DNA of 64,000 nucleotides from Bacteroidia bacterium (GTDB lineage Bacteria; Bacteroidota; Bacteroidia; Bacteroidales; Prolixibacteraceae): contig JAPLDS010000042.1 in the NCBI GenBank assembly GCA_026391295.1, positions 65,684-129,683 of the forward strand. The letters are read 5' to 3'. Position numbers and translations under genes: made by a program. Under the pieces are notes generated by a model. It did not search any database. It saw nothing but the letters and a program-made list of their open reading frames with translations, and had not been told where the DNA came from. How positions within the stretch are numbered: the first letter of the stretch is position 1; the number at the start of each line of letters is the position of its first letter. Below, piece by piece: positions 26,019 to 34,979 of this stretch.

Positions 26019-27227
26019 ATGAAGAAGAACGAATTCCGACTTAAATTGTCTCAATTAAAAGACATTGCTCTTAATCTTGGACAAAAGATAGAGACAGGTC
26101 TTAAAGAAGATAATACGGAAGTCAAAAGTATACCTACCTATATTCACCCATTGTCAACAGGTGCCGAAGGACAAGCCGTGGTACTAGATTGGGGAGGAAC
26201 AAATTACAGAGCTGCTGTAATCGATTTTAAAGATGGAAAGACTGCCATTACCCCAGAAAAAGGGGGGACTAAAGAGCTTTCAGCAGCTACAACGAAAGGA
26301 TTTACAAAGGGTGATCTTTTTAAAGCTCAAGCTGAATTTGTCAATGAGATAGAGCTACCGGCTAAGGCTCCAATTGGATATTGTTTTTCCTATCCAGCGA
26401 GCTGTTTGCCAAATGGAGATGCTGAATTACTTCAGTGGACCAAAGGAATGGACATCAAAGATATGGTTGGAAATCCAGTAGGACAACCATTATTAGATGT
26501 GCTAAATAAAAGTGGAAAGACTGTGTTTACTGGCATTAAAGTGATCAATGACACCGTTGCTTCCTTATTTGCTGGTTTAACGAATCCAAAATTTGACGCT
26601 TATATTGGGCTAATCGTTGGGACAGGAACAAATATGGCAGGATTTGTAGATGCTGATCATATCCCTAAGATAGACCCTAGTCTAAATTGGAAAGGGCTTA
26701 CGCCTGTAAATCTTGAGTCTGGAAATTTCAAGCCGCCTCATCTAACTAAATATGACGCTTTAGTAGACGAAAACTCTACGAATACGGGGGCACAGCTGTT
26801 TGAAAAAGCAGTCTCTGGACTCTATATTGGACAAATTTTAAAAGAAGTATTTCCAGAAGACGGGTTTGATGAAAATACAGACGGGAAAGCATTGACTGAT
26901 CTTATTAATCAGTCATCAACTGCAAAGATGAAACATGTGAAGGTAGCTAAAGCGATTTACAAAAGATCAGCAAAGCTAGTTGCAGCATCATTAGCAGGAT
27001 TAATTGACATGCTTGCAACACAAGATAAGTCAATACGCAAAGTTCGAATTACCGCGGAAGGAAGTCTATTCTGGAGTGAAGTTGCAGGCTGCAAAGACTA
27101 CAATAAAGTTGTGAAAAGCACCCTGAAGGAACTTTTGGCAGAGATGGGACATAAAAAAATAAAGATCAATATCGCCGAGATTGAGAGTGCAAATCTGATT
27201 GGATCAGGTATTGCAGCACTTTCGTAA
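26019..27227 (+). CDS. hexokinase family protein (eukaryote-type hexokinase fold, short form, 402 aa)
   Basis: VLDWGGTNYRAAVI resembles the hexokinase phosphate-1 motif LDLGGTNFR. INDTVASL and LIVGTGTNMAG resemble the GTGTNA motif. Confidence 0.75.
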   Translation: MKKNEFRLKLSQLKDIALNLGQKIETGLKEDNTEVKSIPTYIHPLSTGAEGQAVVLDWGGTNYRAAVIDFKDGKTAITPEKGGTKELSAATTKGFTKGDLFKAQAEFVNEIELPAKAPIGYCFSYPASCLPNGDAELLQWTKGMDIKDMVGNPVGQPLLDVLNKSGKTVFTGIKVINDTVASLFAGLTNPKFDAYIGLIVGTGTNMAGFVDADHIPKIDPSLNWKGLTPVNLESGNFKPPHLTKYDALVDENSTNTGAQLFEKAVSGLYIGQILKEVFPEDGFDENTDGKALTDLINQSSTAKMKHVKVAKAIYKRSAKLVAASLAGLIDMLATQDKSIRKVRITAEGSLFWSEVAGCKDYNKVVKSTLKELLAEMGHKKIKINIAEIESANLIGSGIAALS

Positions 27228-27250
27228 AGCTAAATACCTATAAAAATATA

Positions 27251-27285
27251 GGGGAAGTACTCATTCGTGCTTCCCCTACTTTATA
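27251..27285 (+). terminator. rho-independent terminator after the hexokinase-family gene
   Basis: ggggaagtac (27251-27260), loop tcattc, gtgcttcccc (27267-27276) with one G-U pair, followed by tactttata. Confidence 0.6.
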
Positions 27286-27356
27286 TAATCAAGGTTATAC
27301 AAATTTACTTATCAGTAGTTTGATCTTTAACTTCACAATCTTCCTAAATTAGCTTT

Positions 27357-27812
27357 ATGAGAGTTGTCCTTCAACGAGTCCTAGGAGCATCTGTAAGTGT
27401 AGATGGAACAGCGATATCATCTATCAAAAAAGGGATGCTAATTCTAGTAGGATTTGAAAATGATGACCTACAAGAAGATCTGGAATGGATGGTGAAAAAA
27501 ATTGCTCAAATCAGAATCTTTAATGATGAGCAGGGAGTTATGAACCTATCAATCCAAGAGGTTCAGGGAGAACTACTAGTGGTTAGTCAGTTTACACTGC
27601 ATGCCAAGACTAAAAAAGGAAATAGACCTTCGTATATCCAAGCAGCAAAGGCAGACTTTGCCATTCCGCTTTACGAAAAGTTTAAACAACTCTTGGGAAT
27701 AGAATTAGAACAAACTATTCAATCTGGTATCTTTGGCGCAGATATGAAGGTTCAATTAATCAACGATGGACCCGTTACGATTATCATTGATTCAAAAAAT
27801 AAAGATTTATGA
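27357..27812 (+). CDS. dtd: D-aminoacyl-tRNA deacylase
   Basis: MRVVLQRV, SQFTL, NDGPVTI. 151 aa. Its stop overlaps the next ATG (ATGA). Confidence 0.95.
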   Translation: MRVVLQRVLGASVSVDGTAISSIKKGMLILVGFENDDLQEDLEWMVKKIAQIRIFNDEQGVMNLSIQEVQGELLVVSQFTLHAKTKKGNRPSYIQAAKADFAIPLYEKFKQLLGIELEQTIQSGIFGADMKVQLINDGPVTIIIDSKNKDL

Positions 27813-28150
27813 ACGACGATATTACGCTAAAAAACGCACAAAATAGGGTTGATGAATGGATTGAAGAGTACGGCGTGCGCTATTTTAGCGAGTTAACAAA
27901 TATGGCAATCCTAACAGAAGAGGTGGGAGAAGTTGCCCGAATCATCGCTCGTACATATGGAGATCAATCGTTTAAAAAAGAAGACGCAGAAATAAATCTT
28001 GCCGATGAGCTTGCCGATGTATTATGGGTACTTATGTGCTTAGCCAATCAAACAGGGGTAGACTTAACGGATGCATTTCATAAAAACATTGCAAAGAAAA
28101 CAAATCGAGACAAGTTTCGTCATATCGAAAATGATAAACTTAGTCGCTAA
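27809..28150 (+). CDS. MazG-like nucleotide pyrophosphohydrolase
   Basis: EEVGEVARI and ELADVLWVL (the EExxE / ExxD metal motifs of the all-alpha NTP-PPase fold). 113 aa. Translationally coupled to dtd. Confidence 0.85.
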   Translation: MNDDITLKNAQNRVDEWIEEYGVRYFSELTNMAILTEEVGEVARIIARTYGDQSFKKEDAEINLADELADVLWVLMCLANQTGVDLTDAFHKNIAKKTNRDKFRHIENDKLSR

Positions 28151-28162
28151 AAATATAAAAAT

Positions 28163-29032
28163 ATGAATCTGAATTTTGAAAATCTAGAACAAGACTTCTT
28201 AACGGAGGAAGTACAGAAAATAGTATTAGAAATACTTGAAAAATCGCATGAGCTAAATAGTTTTGAGTGGTATACATTTATCTTATCCTGCATTGACCTG
28301 ACGAGTTTAAATGCCACGGATTCAGCTTCTCAGGGCGAAAAAATGGCTATCAAAGTATCTGAATTTAAACATAATTTTCCCCAGTTACCTAATGTAGCTG
28401 CTATCTGTGTCTATCCAACCTTGCTTGAACCTATTAAGAAAAATCTTCAGGCAAGAGAGGTCAAAATTGCCTCTGTTGCTGGAGGTTTTCCTTCGTCACA
28501 AACCTACTTAGATGTGAAGATTCTTGAGACCATGATGGCCATTGATAATGGGGCCAATGAGATCGATATCGTCCTTAATCTAGGCGACTTTTTACAAGAA
28601 GATTACGAGTCGGCAAAGCGTGAGATAAGCACCATTAAAAAAGCGATAGGCAACACGCACCTAAAAGTTATTTTAGAATCTGGGGCCTTAAAAAGCTATT
28701 CTAAAATTTGGAAAGCCTCGATGATATCCATGGAAGCGGGTGCTGATTTCATCAAAACCTCCACCGGAAAATTTGATCCTGCAGCAACCCCTGAAGCCGC
28801 TTGGATCATGTGCCGTGCCATTAAACTGTTTTACGAAAAAACCCAAATTAAAGTTGGCTTTAAAGCTGCGGGCGGAATTACAGAAACCAATGACGCGTTA
28901 GTATATCTGGCTATAGTTAAAGAAGTATTAGGCGACGAATGGCTAACCAAAGACCTATTTAGGATTGGAGCAAGTCGATTAGCAAATAATCTGCTAACCT
29001 CTATTATGAGAGAGAAAGTAAGCTATTTTTAA
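28163..29032 (+). CDS. deoC: deoxyribose-phosphate aldolase (long form)
   Basis: CIDLTSLN, EIDIVLN, and the FIKTSTGK Schiff-base lysine region. 289 aa. Confidence 0.88.
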   Translation: MNLNFENLEQDFLTEEVQKIVLEILEKSHELNSFEWYTFILSCIDLTSLNATDSASQGEKMAIKVSEFKHNFPQLPNVAAICVYPTLLEPIKKNLQAREVKIASVAGGFPSSQTYLDVKILETMMAIDNGANEIDIVLNLGDFLQEDYESAKREISTIKKAIGNTHLKVILESGALKSYSKIWKASMISMEAGADFIKTSTGKFDPAATPEAAWIMCRAIKLFYEKTQIKVGFKAAGGITETNDALVYLAIVKEVLGDEWLTKDLFRIGASRLANNLLTSIMREKVSYF

Positions 29033-29034
29033 GT

Positions 29035-30009
29035 TTAGCTTACTCGAGAAGAGATGTAGTCAACATAGCCGATAAGAGCCGATTTAATTGGGGAATCAGG
29101 ATAGCTATCTAATAGCGAAATGGCTTTAGCTGCATAATCTAGCATTACACCTTCGGCATGCTTAAAGCCATTATTCTGCTCAACAAAGTCTCGAACGATA
29201 TTCAAGTCTGAAGTGGACTTAACACGCTTCCGAACAATCTTTAAGATTCTAGATTTTTCAGATCGACCAACTTGATTAAGGGCATAAATTAAAGGAAGCG
29301 TTATTTTCTTTTCGTGCAGATCATTGCCTGTTGGCTTGCCTAAAAGATTCGACTTCTGATAATCAAAAAGATCATCTTTAATCTGAAATGCCATACCAGC
29401 ATATTCGCCAAATTGCCTCATTCGTGCAATAGCTTCTTCATCGGTTGTGACTGAACAAGTTCCTACAGCAGCACTAGTGGCTAATAAAGAGGCTGTTTTT
29501 TTACGTATTATCTCAAAATAGACCGCTTCGGTAATATCTAATTTTCGTGCCTTCTCAATTTGAAGTATCTCCCCTTCACTCATATCTTTTACCGCCGTAC
29601 TAATATGACCTAAGATATCATAATCGCGGTGATCAATAGACCATAAAAGCCCTTTCGCAAGGATATAGTCGCCGACCAAAACGGCAATTTTATTTCGCCA
29701 AACCGCATTAATTGAGAAAAACCCACGTCGCTGTGAAGAGTCATCAACAACATCATCATGAACAAGGGTGGCTGTATGCAGGAGCTCAATCGTTAAAGCC
29801 GCATGGTAGGAACGCTCATTAAAATCACCATTTAACTTGGCAGCTAAAAAAACAAGAATAGGTCGCATTTGCTTCCCCTTTCGCCTTAAAATATAATTGA
29901 TAATCGTACTCAAAAGAGGCAAATCACTCTTTGTCGCCTTTTGAAAAAATGGCTCAAAGTTTATTAGCTCTTGCTGAATCGGCGCGGTGATTTGATCCTT
30001 AGATGACAT
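29035..30009 (-). CDS. polyprenyl diphosphate synthase (trans-IPPS, long-chain type)
   Basis: FARM LVHDDVVDD and SARM FQIKDDLFD. 324 aa. Confidence 0.9.
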   Translation of the reverse strand: MSSKDQITAPIQQELINFEPFFQKATKSDLPLLSTIINYILRRKGKQMRPILVFLAAKLNGDFNERSYHAALTIELLHTATLVHDDVVDDSSQRRGFFSINAVWRNKIAVLVGDYILAKGLLWSIDHRDYDILGHISTAVKDMSEGEILQIEKARKLDITEAVYFEIIRKKTASLLATSAAVGTCSVTTDEEAIARMRQFGEYAGMAFQIKDDLFDYQKSNLLGKPTGNDLHEKKITLPLIYALNQVGRSEKSRILKIVRKRVKSTSDLNIVRDFVEQNNGFKHAEGVMLDYAAKAISLLDSYPDSPIKSALIGYVDYISSRVS

Positions 30010-30385
30010 CGGTCTTAAATTGTATGCTTTTCGAATCTAAATATGGCCAAAGGTAAGCAATAATTTTACTTCAGAACGATCGCATTTCAGCAGATAGAAG
30101 CTATAAAATCGAACATAAAGCCATTTGATACATCAGTTTAGCAAGAGACAAAAGATGAAATAGAATAAAATCTATTCCGATCATAGGGCATCTCATCAAA
30201 GGCCTAACTATGAATTTACAAATCGAGCCAAACTAAAAACTTAATATTCAATGCACTAGAAAATTAGAAATTTCATTTGAAGGCGCTCGAATAAGATTTA
30301 AAACAAATAGGAAAAATCTCCAATCAGAAGGGAAAGAGATCCTCAATAACCAAAGTTTTTATCTCATTATTTAGACATTTTTGCG

Positions 30386-30393
30386 TAGTTTTG
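30386..30393 (+). promoter_or_regulatory. candidate -7 box (TAGTTTTG) for polA
   Basis: Matches TAnnTTTG, 27 nt upstream of ATG 30421. Confidence 0.35.
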
Positions 30394-30420
30394 ATTCTTT
30401 CTTAATTATCCCTTTTCACC

Positions 30421-33195
30421 ATGAACCGACTGTTTCTCCTCGATGCATATGCATTAATTTACCGTTCCTATTTTGCATTTATTAATGCCCCACGTATAAA
30501 TTCTAAAGGACTTAATACGTCCGCTATGTTTGGATTTGTTAATACGCTTGAGCAACTTCTAAAGACGGAGAAGCCGACACATATTGCGATTGCATTCGAT
30601 ATGAAAGGGCCGACATTTCGGCACGACATGTTTCCAGACTATAAAGCTAATCGCGACGAAATGCCTGAGGATTTGAGAAAGTCGATACCCTATATCCGAG
30701 ATATTATAAAAGGATATCAAATTCCAATCCTAGAAAAGGCGGGCTTTGAGGCCGATGATGTTATTGGCACGCTTGCAAAAGTGGCCGAGAAAAAGGGATT
30801 TCAAGTTTTTATGGTCACACCAGATAAAGATTATGCCCAATTAGTCTCTCCTAATATCTTTATGTACAAACCCAAACGAATGGGTAATGAGATGGAGATA
30901 CTGGGGGTGGAACAGGTCTGTGAGAATTTTCAGATTCAAAATCCATTACAAGTTATTGACATCCTAGGCCTGATGGGCGATGCATCAGATAATATTCCAG
31001 GTTGCCCTGGCATTGGTCCCAAAACGGCGATGAAACTTGTGGGAGAATTTGGAGGAATTGATGGCGTATACCAAAATTTAGAGCAGCTAAAAGGAAAACA
31101 AAAAGAGAGCCTCGCAACATTCGAAGAACAAGTACGCCTATCTCGTAAATTAGCAGAGATTATACTAGATGTCCCAGTTGAGTTTAATCAGGAGGACTTG
31201 CTTCTTTCGATTCCCGACACGGCTAAATTACGGGAGCTATTTCTAGAGCTTGAGTTCCGGACAATGGCTGAAAAATTGGGATCTGCAGCAGCAAAGCCGA
31301 TCGAAGCAGCCCCACTGGCCTTTGCACAAGGGACACTTTTCAGTGAAGTTGAACAAACACTTCCAGAATCATACTCCGAACAATCGAATCTTAATTCTAC
31401 CGATCATCACTATGTTTTAATTAATTCGGAAGAAAAAATTAAGGAGTTGGTCGGAACGCTAAGTCTACAAAAAGCTTTCTGCTTCGATACCGAAACAACC
31501 GGACTAGATACCCAATTAGACCAACTTGTTGGATTGTCTTTCTCCTTCAAAGCCAAGGAGGGGTATTATGTGCCAATACCATTCGAACAAGATGAAGCTC
31601 TAAAGCGAGTAAGCCTGTTCAAAGAGCTTTTTGCAACGGCAGATATTCTGAAAATTGGTCAGAATATGAAATTTGATATTCTAATGCTCACCCGCTACGG
31701 CATAGAGATCAAAGGTGAATATTTCGATACCATGGTGGCCCATTATCTAATCCAACCTGATCTTCGCCATAACCTAGATTATCTTAGTGATGTTTACCTG
31801 AACTATAAAAAAGTTGCCACTGAGGAGCTTATCGGGAAACGAGGGAAAAATCAGCTCTCGATGCGCGATGTTGAGCTCGAGCAAATCAAAGAGTATGCTT
31901 GTGAAGATGCCGATATAACTTTTCAATTAAAAAAGATTCTGGATCAAGAACTCTCTAGCGCGAATTTAAAAGAGCTCTTTGCAACTGTTGAGATGCCGTT
32001 ATTAAAAGTCTTGGTGCAGATGGAGATTTCAGGCTTGACTATTGATCCTAAGGCACTCGATGACTACGCTATTATCTTGCGAGAGCAAATTAATGAACTT
32101 GAAAATGCAATCATCGAATTAGCCGGAGAACCGTTTAATATTTCATCACCTAAACAACTTGGAACCATTCTTTTTGAAAAATTACTTCTTGATCCGAAAG
32201 CGAAGAAAACTAAAACCAAGCAGTATTCTACCGGGGAAGAGATCCTAGTTAATCTTCAAGATAAGCATCCAATAGTCAATAAAATATTGGAGTATCGAGG
32301 TTTAAAAAAATTACTCTCTACCTATGTCGAGGCCTTACCTAAATTAATAAATCCTAAAACAGGTAAAATACACTCCTCCTTTAATCAAACTATTGCTGCC
32401 ACCGGACGACTAAGTTCTACCAATCCGAATTTACAGAATATCCCTATTCGAGACGAAAGTGGACGTGAGATCAGAAAGGCTTTTATCCCTAGCGATAGTG
32501 ATCACTTATTTTTATCGGCCGATTATTCACAAATCGAATTGCGGATTATGGCTGCCGTCTCGGGCGACAAGGTGATGACTGACGCCTTTCAAAATGGGGA
32601 AGATATTCATGCTGCTACGGCCGCGAAGATCTTTGATGTCAAACTGACGGATGTAACTTCAGAAATGCGGCGAAAAGCAAAAACGGCCAACTTTGGAATT
32701 CTATATGGAATTTCGGCGTTTGGTCTATCGCAAAGGCTTCAAATCTCGCGAGCAGAAGCCAAAAAGCTAATCGATGATTATTATGCCAACTTCTCAACCA
32801 TCAAAAACTACATGGATACTCAACTTGATCTGGCGAGAGAGAGAGGTTTTGTGGAAACAATTATGGGTCGTAAACGTTATCTTAGTGACATTAATTCAGC
32901 AAACGCCACCATTCGATCTTTCGCAGAAAGAAATGCTATAAATGCACCAATCCAAGGCTCTGCTGCAGACATCATCAAAGTAGCGATGATCAATATTTAC
33001 AAGCGATTCGAAGAGCAAAACCTCAGTTCTAGAATGATTCTTCAGGTACACGATGAGTTAAATTTCGACGTCTTAAAAACCGAGTTAGAAGTGGTTAAAG
33101 AGATTATAAAGACTGAAATGGAACAGGCTATTAAATTAACGGTACCGCTTGAGATCGAACTCAAAGCCGCGGAAAATTGGCTCCTTGCCCATTGA
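30421..33195 (+). CDS. polA: DNA polymerase I
   Basis: 5'-3' exonuclease domain (LLDAYALIYRSYFA), 3'-5' exonuclease domain (FCFDTETTGLD), and polymerase motifs A (LSADYSQIELR), B (RRKAKTANFGILYG) and C (LQVHDEL). Confidence 0.97.
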   Translation: MNRLFLLDAYALIYRSYFAFINAPRINSKGLNTSAMFGFVNTLEQLLKTEKPTHIAIAFDMKGPTFRHDMFPDYKANRDEMPEDLRKSIPYIRDIIKGYQIPILEKAGFEADDVIGTLAKVAEKKGFQVFMVTPDKDYAQLVSPNIFMYKPKRMGNEMEILGVEQVCENFQIQNPLQVIDILGLMGDASDNIPGCPGIGPKTAMKLVGEFGGIDGVYQNLEQLKGKQKESLATFEEQVRLSRKLAEIILDVPVEFNQEDLLLSIPDTAKLRELFLELEFRTMAEKLGSAAAKPIEAAPLAFAQGTLFSEVEQTLPESYSEQSNLNSTDHHYVLINSEEKIKELVGTLSLQKAFCFDTETTGLDTQLDQLVGLSFSFKAKEGYYVPIPFEQDEALKRVSLFKELFATADILKIGQNMKFDILMLTRYGIEIKGEYFDTMVAHYLIQPDLRHNLDYLSDVYLNYKKVATEELIGKRGKNQLSMRDVELEQIKEYACEDADITFQLKKILDQELSSANLKELFATVEMPLLKVLVQMEISGLTIDPKALDDYAIILREQINELENAIIELAGEPFNISSPKQLGTILFEKLLLDPKAKKTKTKQYSTGEEILVNLQDKHPIVNKILEYRGLKKLLSTYVEALPKLINPKTGKIHSSFNQTIAATGRLSSTNPNLQNIPIRDESGREIRKAFIPSDSDHLFLSADYSQIELRIMAAVSGDKVMTDAFQNGEDIHAATAAKIFDVKLTDVTSEMRRKAKTANFGILYGISAFGLSQRLQISRAEAKKLIDDYYANFSTIKNYMDTQLDLARERGFVETIMGRKRYLSDINSANATIRSFAERNAINAPIQGSAADIIKVAMINIYKRFEEQNLSSRMILQVHDELNFDVLKTELEVVKEIIKTEMEQAIKLTVPLEIELKAAENWLLAH

Positions 33196-33260
33196 TCTGC
33201 TCATTTTATTTAATGTTTTAAAACATAAAAATGCCGTATTGGATAAAATAAAAAAACCAC

Positions 33261-33268
33261 TATGTTTG
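33261..33268 (+). promoter_or_regulatory. candidate -7 box (TATGTTTG) with a -33-like ATTG 19 nt upstream; promoter of the cytochrome/Gfo/ThuA operon
   Basis: Matches TAnnTTTG. ATTG at 33238-33241 gives a 19-nt spacer, as in the Bacteroides consensus promoter. Confidence 0.4.
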
Positions 33269-33286
33269 CAGAACGGATCAGAACGG
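33269..33286 (+). promoter_or_regulatory. two tandem copies of CAGAACGG spaced exactly 10 bp, directly abutting the -7 box (candidate operator)
   Basis: cagaacgg occurs at 33269-33276 and 33279-33286. Confidence 0.35.
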
Positions 33287-33376
33287 CTAAAAACATCCTA
33301 ATTTATTGGCCAAATGAGCTGTGAATGGGATCAAGTTCTATAAAAAAATAAAATAAGTAAAATAAATTTAACGCAA

Positions 33377-33384
33377 CAGAACGG
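33377..33384 (+). promoter_or_regulatory. third copy of CAGAACGG, 41 nt upstream of the start codon
   Basis: cagaacgg at 33377-33384. Copies 1 and 3 share a ninth base (CAGAACGGA). Confidence 0.3.
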
Positions 33385-33425
33385 AATCGACTGCTTGTGT
33401 TTTTAAAATACAACACCCTAAATAC

Positions 33426-34967
33426 ATGAATATCAAAAATCTTATAGATCGAATGATGCAAGGGTCAAGAACACCTTTGTGGTTGATCATCTTTGGCGTC
33501 CTCATAGGTCTAATTGCCATTGGAACGATTAACACGGTGTCAGATAAAACCTCAACGGATACCTATTGCATGTCGTGTCACGTGCACCCATGGGCCGAGC
33601 AAACTTGGCGTTTGTCGCCGCACAACTTTAACCGCACCGGGATAACAGTTCACTGTGTGGATTGCCATCTTCCGCCCAAAGGTGAAGGCTATCTGTTAGC
33701 AAAAGCAAAACATGGTGCTAAAGATGTGTACGGCTACCTATTTAAAGATAGTGCTAAAATTAATTGGGCAGACAAACGATTATTGGAGAATGCAAAAACA
33801 TTCACCTATGAAGCATCTTGTATTAAATGTCACTCCAATCTTTTCCCTGTGACCCTTTCGGTAAATGGCAGCAATGCCCATATGCAATATAAAAATTCGA
33901 AGGAAGATCCTAAGCCAACATGTATCAGCTGCCACCTTAACGTAGGCCATTATGACAAGAATGTCAAGCACGAACATGACACAAATTTTGGTGTTGATGC
34001 TGCCGCAAGTCAAGAGAAATTTGCCAGCTCGACAAAGGTTACCAAATTTGAAAACTTCACAGAAAAGATTCCTGGAACCACGGTTGCATTTGACATGGTT
34101 GCGATCCCTGAAGGGACATTCAACATGGGAAGCCCAGATAACGAGCCACTTCGGAAATCAGATGAAGGACCCGTTCGAAAAGTGAAGCTTTCAAAATTCT
34201 GGATGGGAAAAATTGAAGTCTCTTGGAATGAATACCTAGCCTTCTTTATGGCTACAGCCTCTCAAGGAAGAACCGAAGGACAAGTACTAACCAATAAAAA
34301 AGTTGATGCCATTACTGGTCCAACCCCACCTTGGGGTGCTCCTGATCAAGGATGGGGCAAAGGATCTAGACCTGCAATCACCATGTCATGGCGTTCTGCA
34401 AATACATATTGCCAATGGCTGTCTCAGGTTACTGGTAAAAAATATCGCCTTCCAACAGAAGCGGAATGGGAATATGCTTGTCGAGGAAATACGACAACTC
34501 CATATTTCTTTGAAGGCGATCCATCAAAATTCACCTCCAATGGTCTTCTGAAGAAAATATTTGGTCCCGATACAACAAAAATTAATTCGTATATTGTGTA
34601 TAAAGAAAATGGGGCTTCTAAAACAATGGATCCAAATTCAGTAAAAGCAAACCCATTTGGACTAAAGAACATGACGGGTAATATTGCAGAGTTTTGCTCT
34701 GATTATTATGCGCCTGATGCTTATAAAGGAGGAACTGGACTAGTGGTAAATCCACAAGGACCCGAATCAGGTCAAGAACATGTGATCAGAGGAGGTTCCT
34801 TTAAAAGCGATGCGAAGGATGTTCGAAGCGCAGCAAGAGATTTTACCAAGACAAAAGCTTGGTTATCAACCGATCCTCAGATGCCGAAAAGCGTTTGGTG
34901 GTATTCCGATTGTGTAGACAATGGGTTTAGGATTGTATGTGAAGCAGATAGTATTTCAGGTCAATAA
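33426..34967 (+). CDS. membrane-anchored tetrahaem cytochrome c (NapC/NirT/NrfH type) fused to an FGE-sulfatase (SUMF1-like) domain
   Basis: TM helix LWLIIFGVLIGLIAIGTINTV. Four CxxCH motifs: CMSCH (33567-33581), CVDCH, CIKCH and CISCH. The C-terminal domain has FDMVAIPEGTFNMGSP, PTEAEWEYACRG, NPFGLKNMTGNIAEFCSD and IRGGSF. Confidence 0.85.
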   Translation: MNIKNLIDRMMQGSRTPLWLIIFGVLIGLIAIGTINTVSDKTSTDTYCMSCHVHPWAEQTWRLSPHNFNRTGITVHCVDCHLPPKGEGYLLAKAKHGAKDVYGYLFKDSAKINWADKRLLENAKTFTYEASCIKCHSNLFPVTLSVNGSNAHMQYKNSKEDPKPTCISCHLNVGHYDKNVKHEHDTNFGVDAAASQEKFASSTKVTKFENFTEKIPGTTVAFDMVAIPEGTFNMGSPDNEPLRKSDEGPVRKVKLSKFWMGKIEVSWNEYLAFFMATASQGRTEGQVLTNKKVDAITGPTPPWGAPDQGWGKGSRPAITMSWRSANTYCQWLSQVTGKKYRLPTEAEWEYACRGNTTTPYFFEGDPSKFTSNGLLKKIFGPDTTKINSYIVYKENGASKTMDPNSVKANPFGLKNMTGNIAEFCSDYYAPDAYKGGTGLVVNPQGPESGQEHVIRGGSFKSDAKDVRSAARDFTKTKAWLSTDPQMPKSVWWYSDCVDNGFRIVCEADSISGQ

Positions 34968-34979
34968 AAGTATATTACA

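Noticed and set aside
30010-30420. 411-bp non-coding gap upstream of polA, examined for tRNA, small RNA, riboswitch or gene remnants
   Set aside because: I could find no cloverleaf-compatible segments, no extended stems, no long ORF in any frame, and no repeats beyond 6-bp stems. Only a promoter-like box near polA is supportable.
33211-33227. AT-only palindrome atgttttaaaacat after polA as a terminator
   Set aside because: The stem consists almost entirely of A-T pairs and has no loop, so it is very weak thermodynamically. I did not list it as a terminator.
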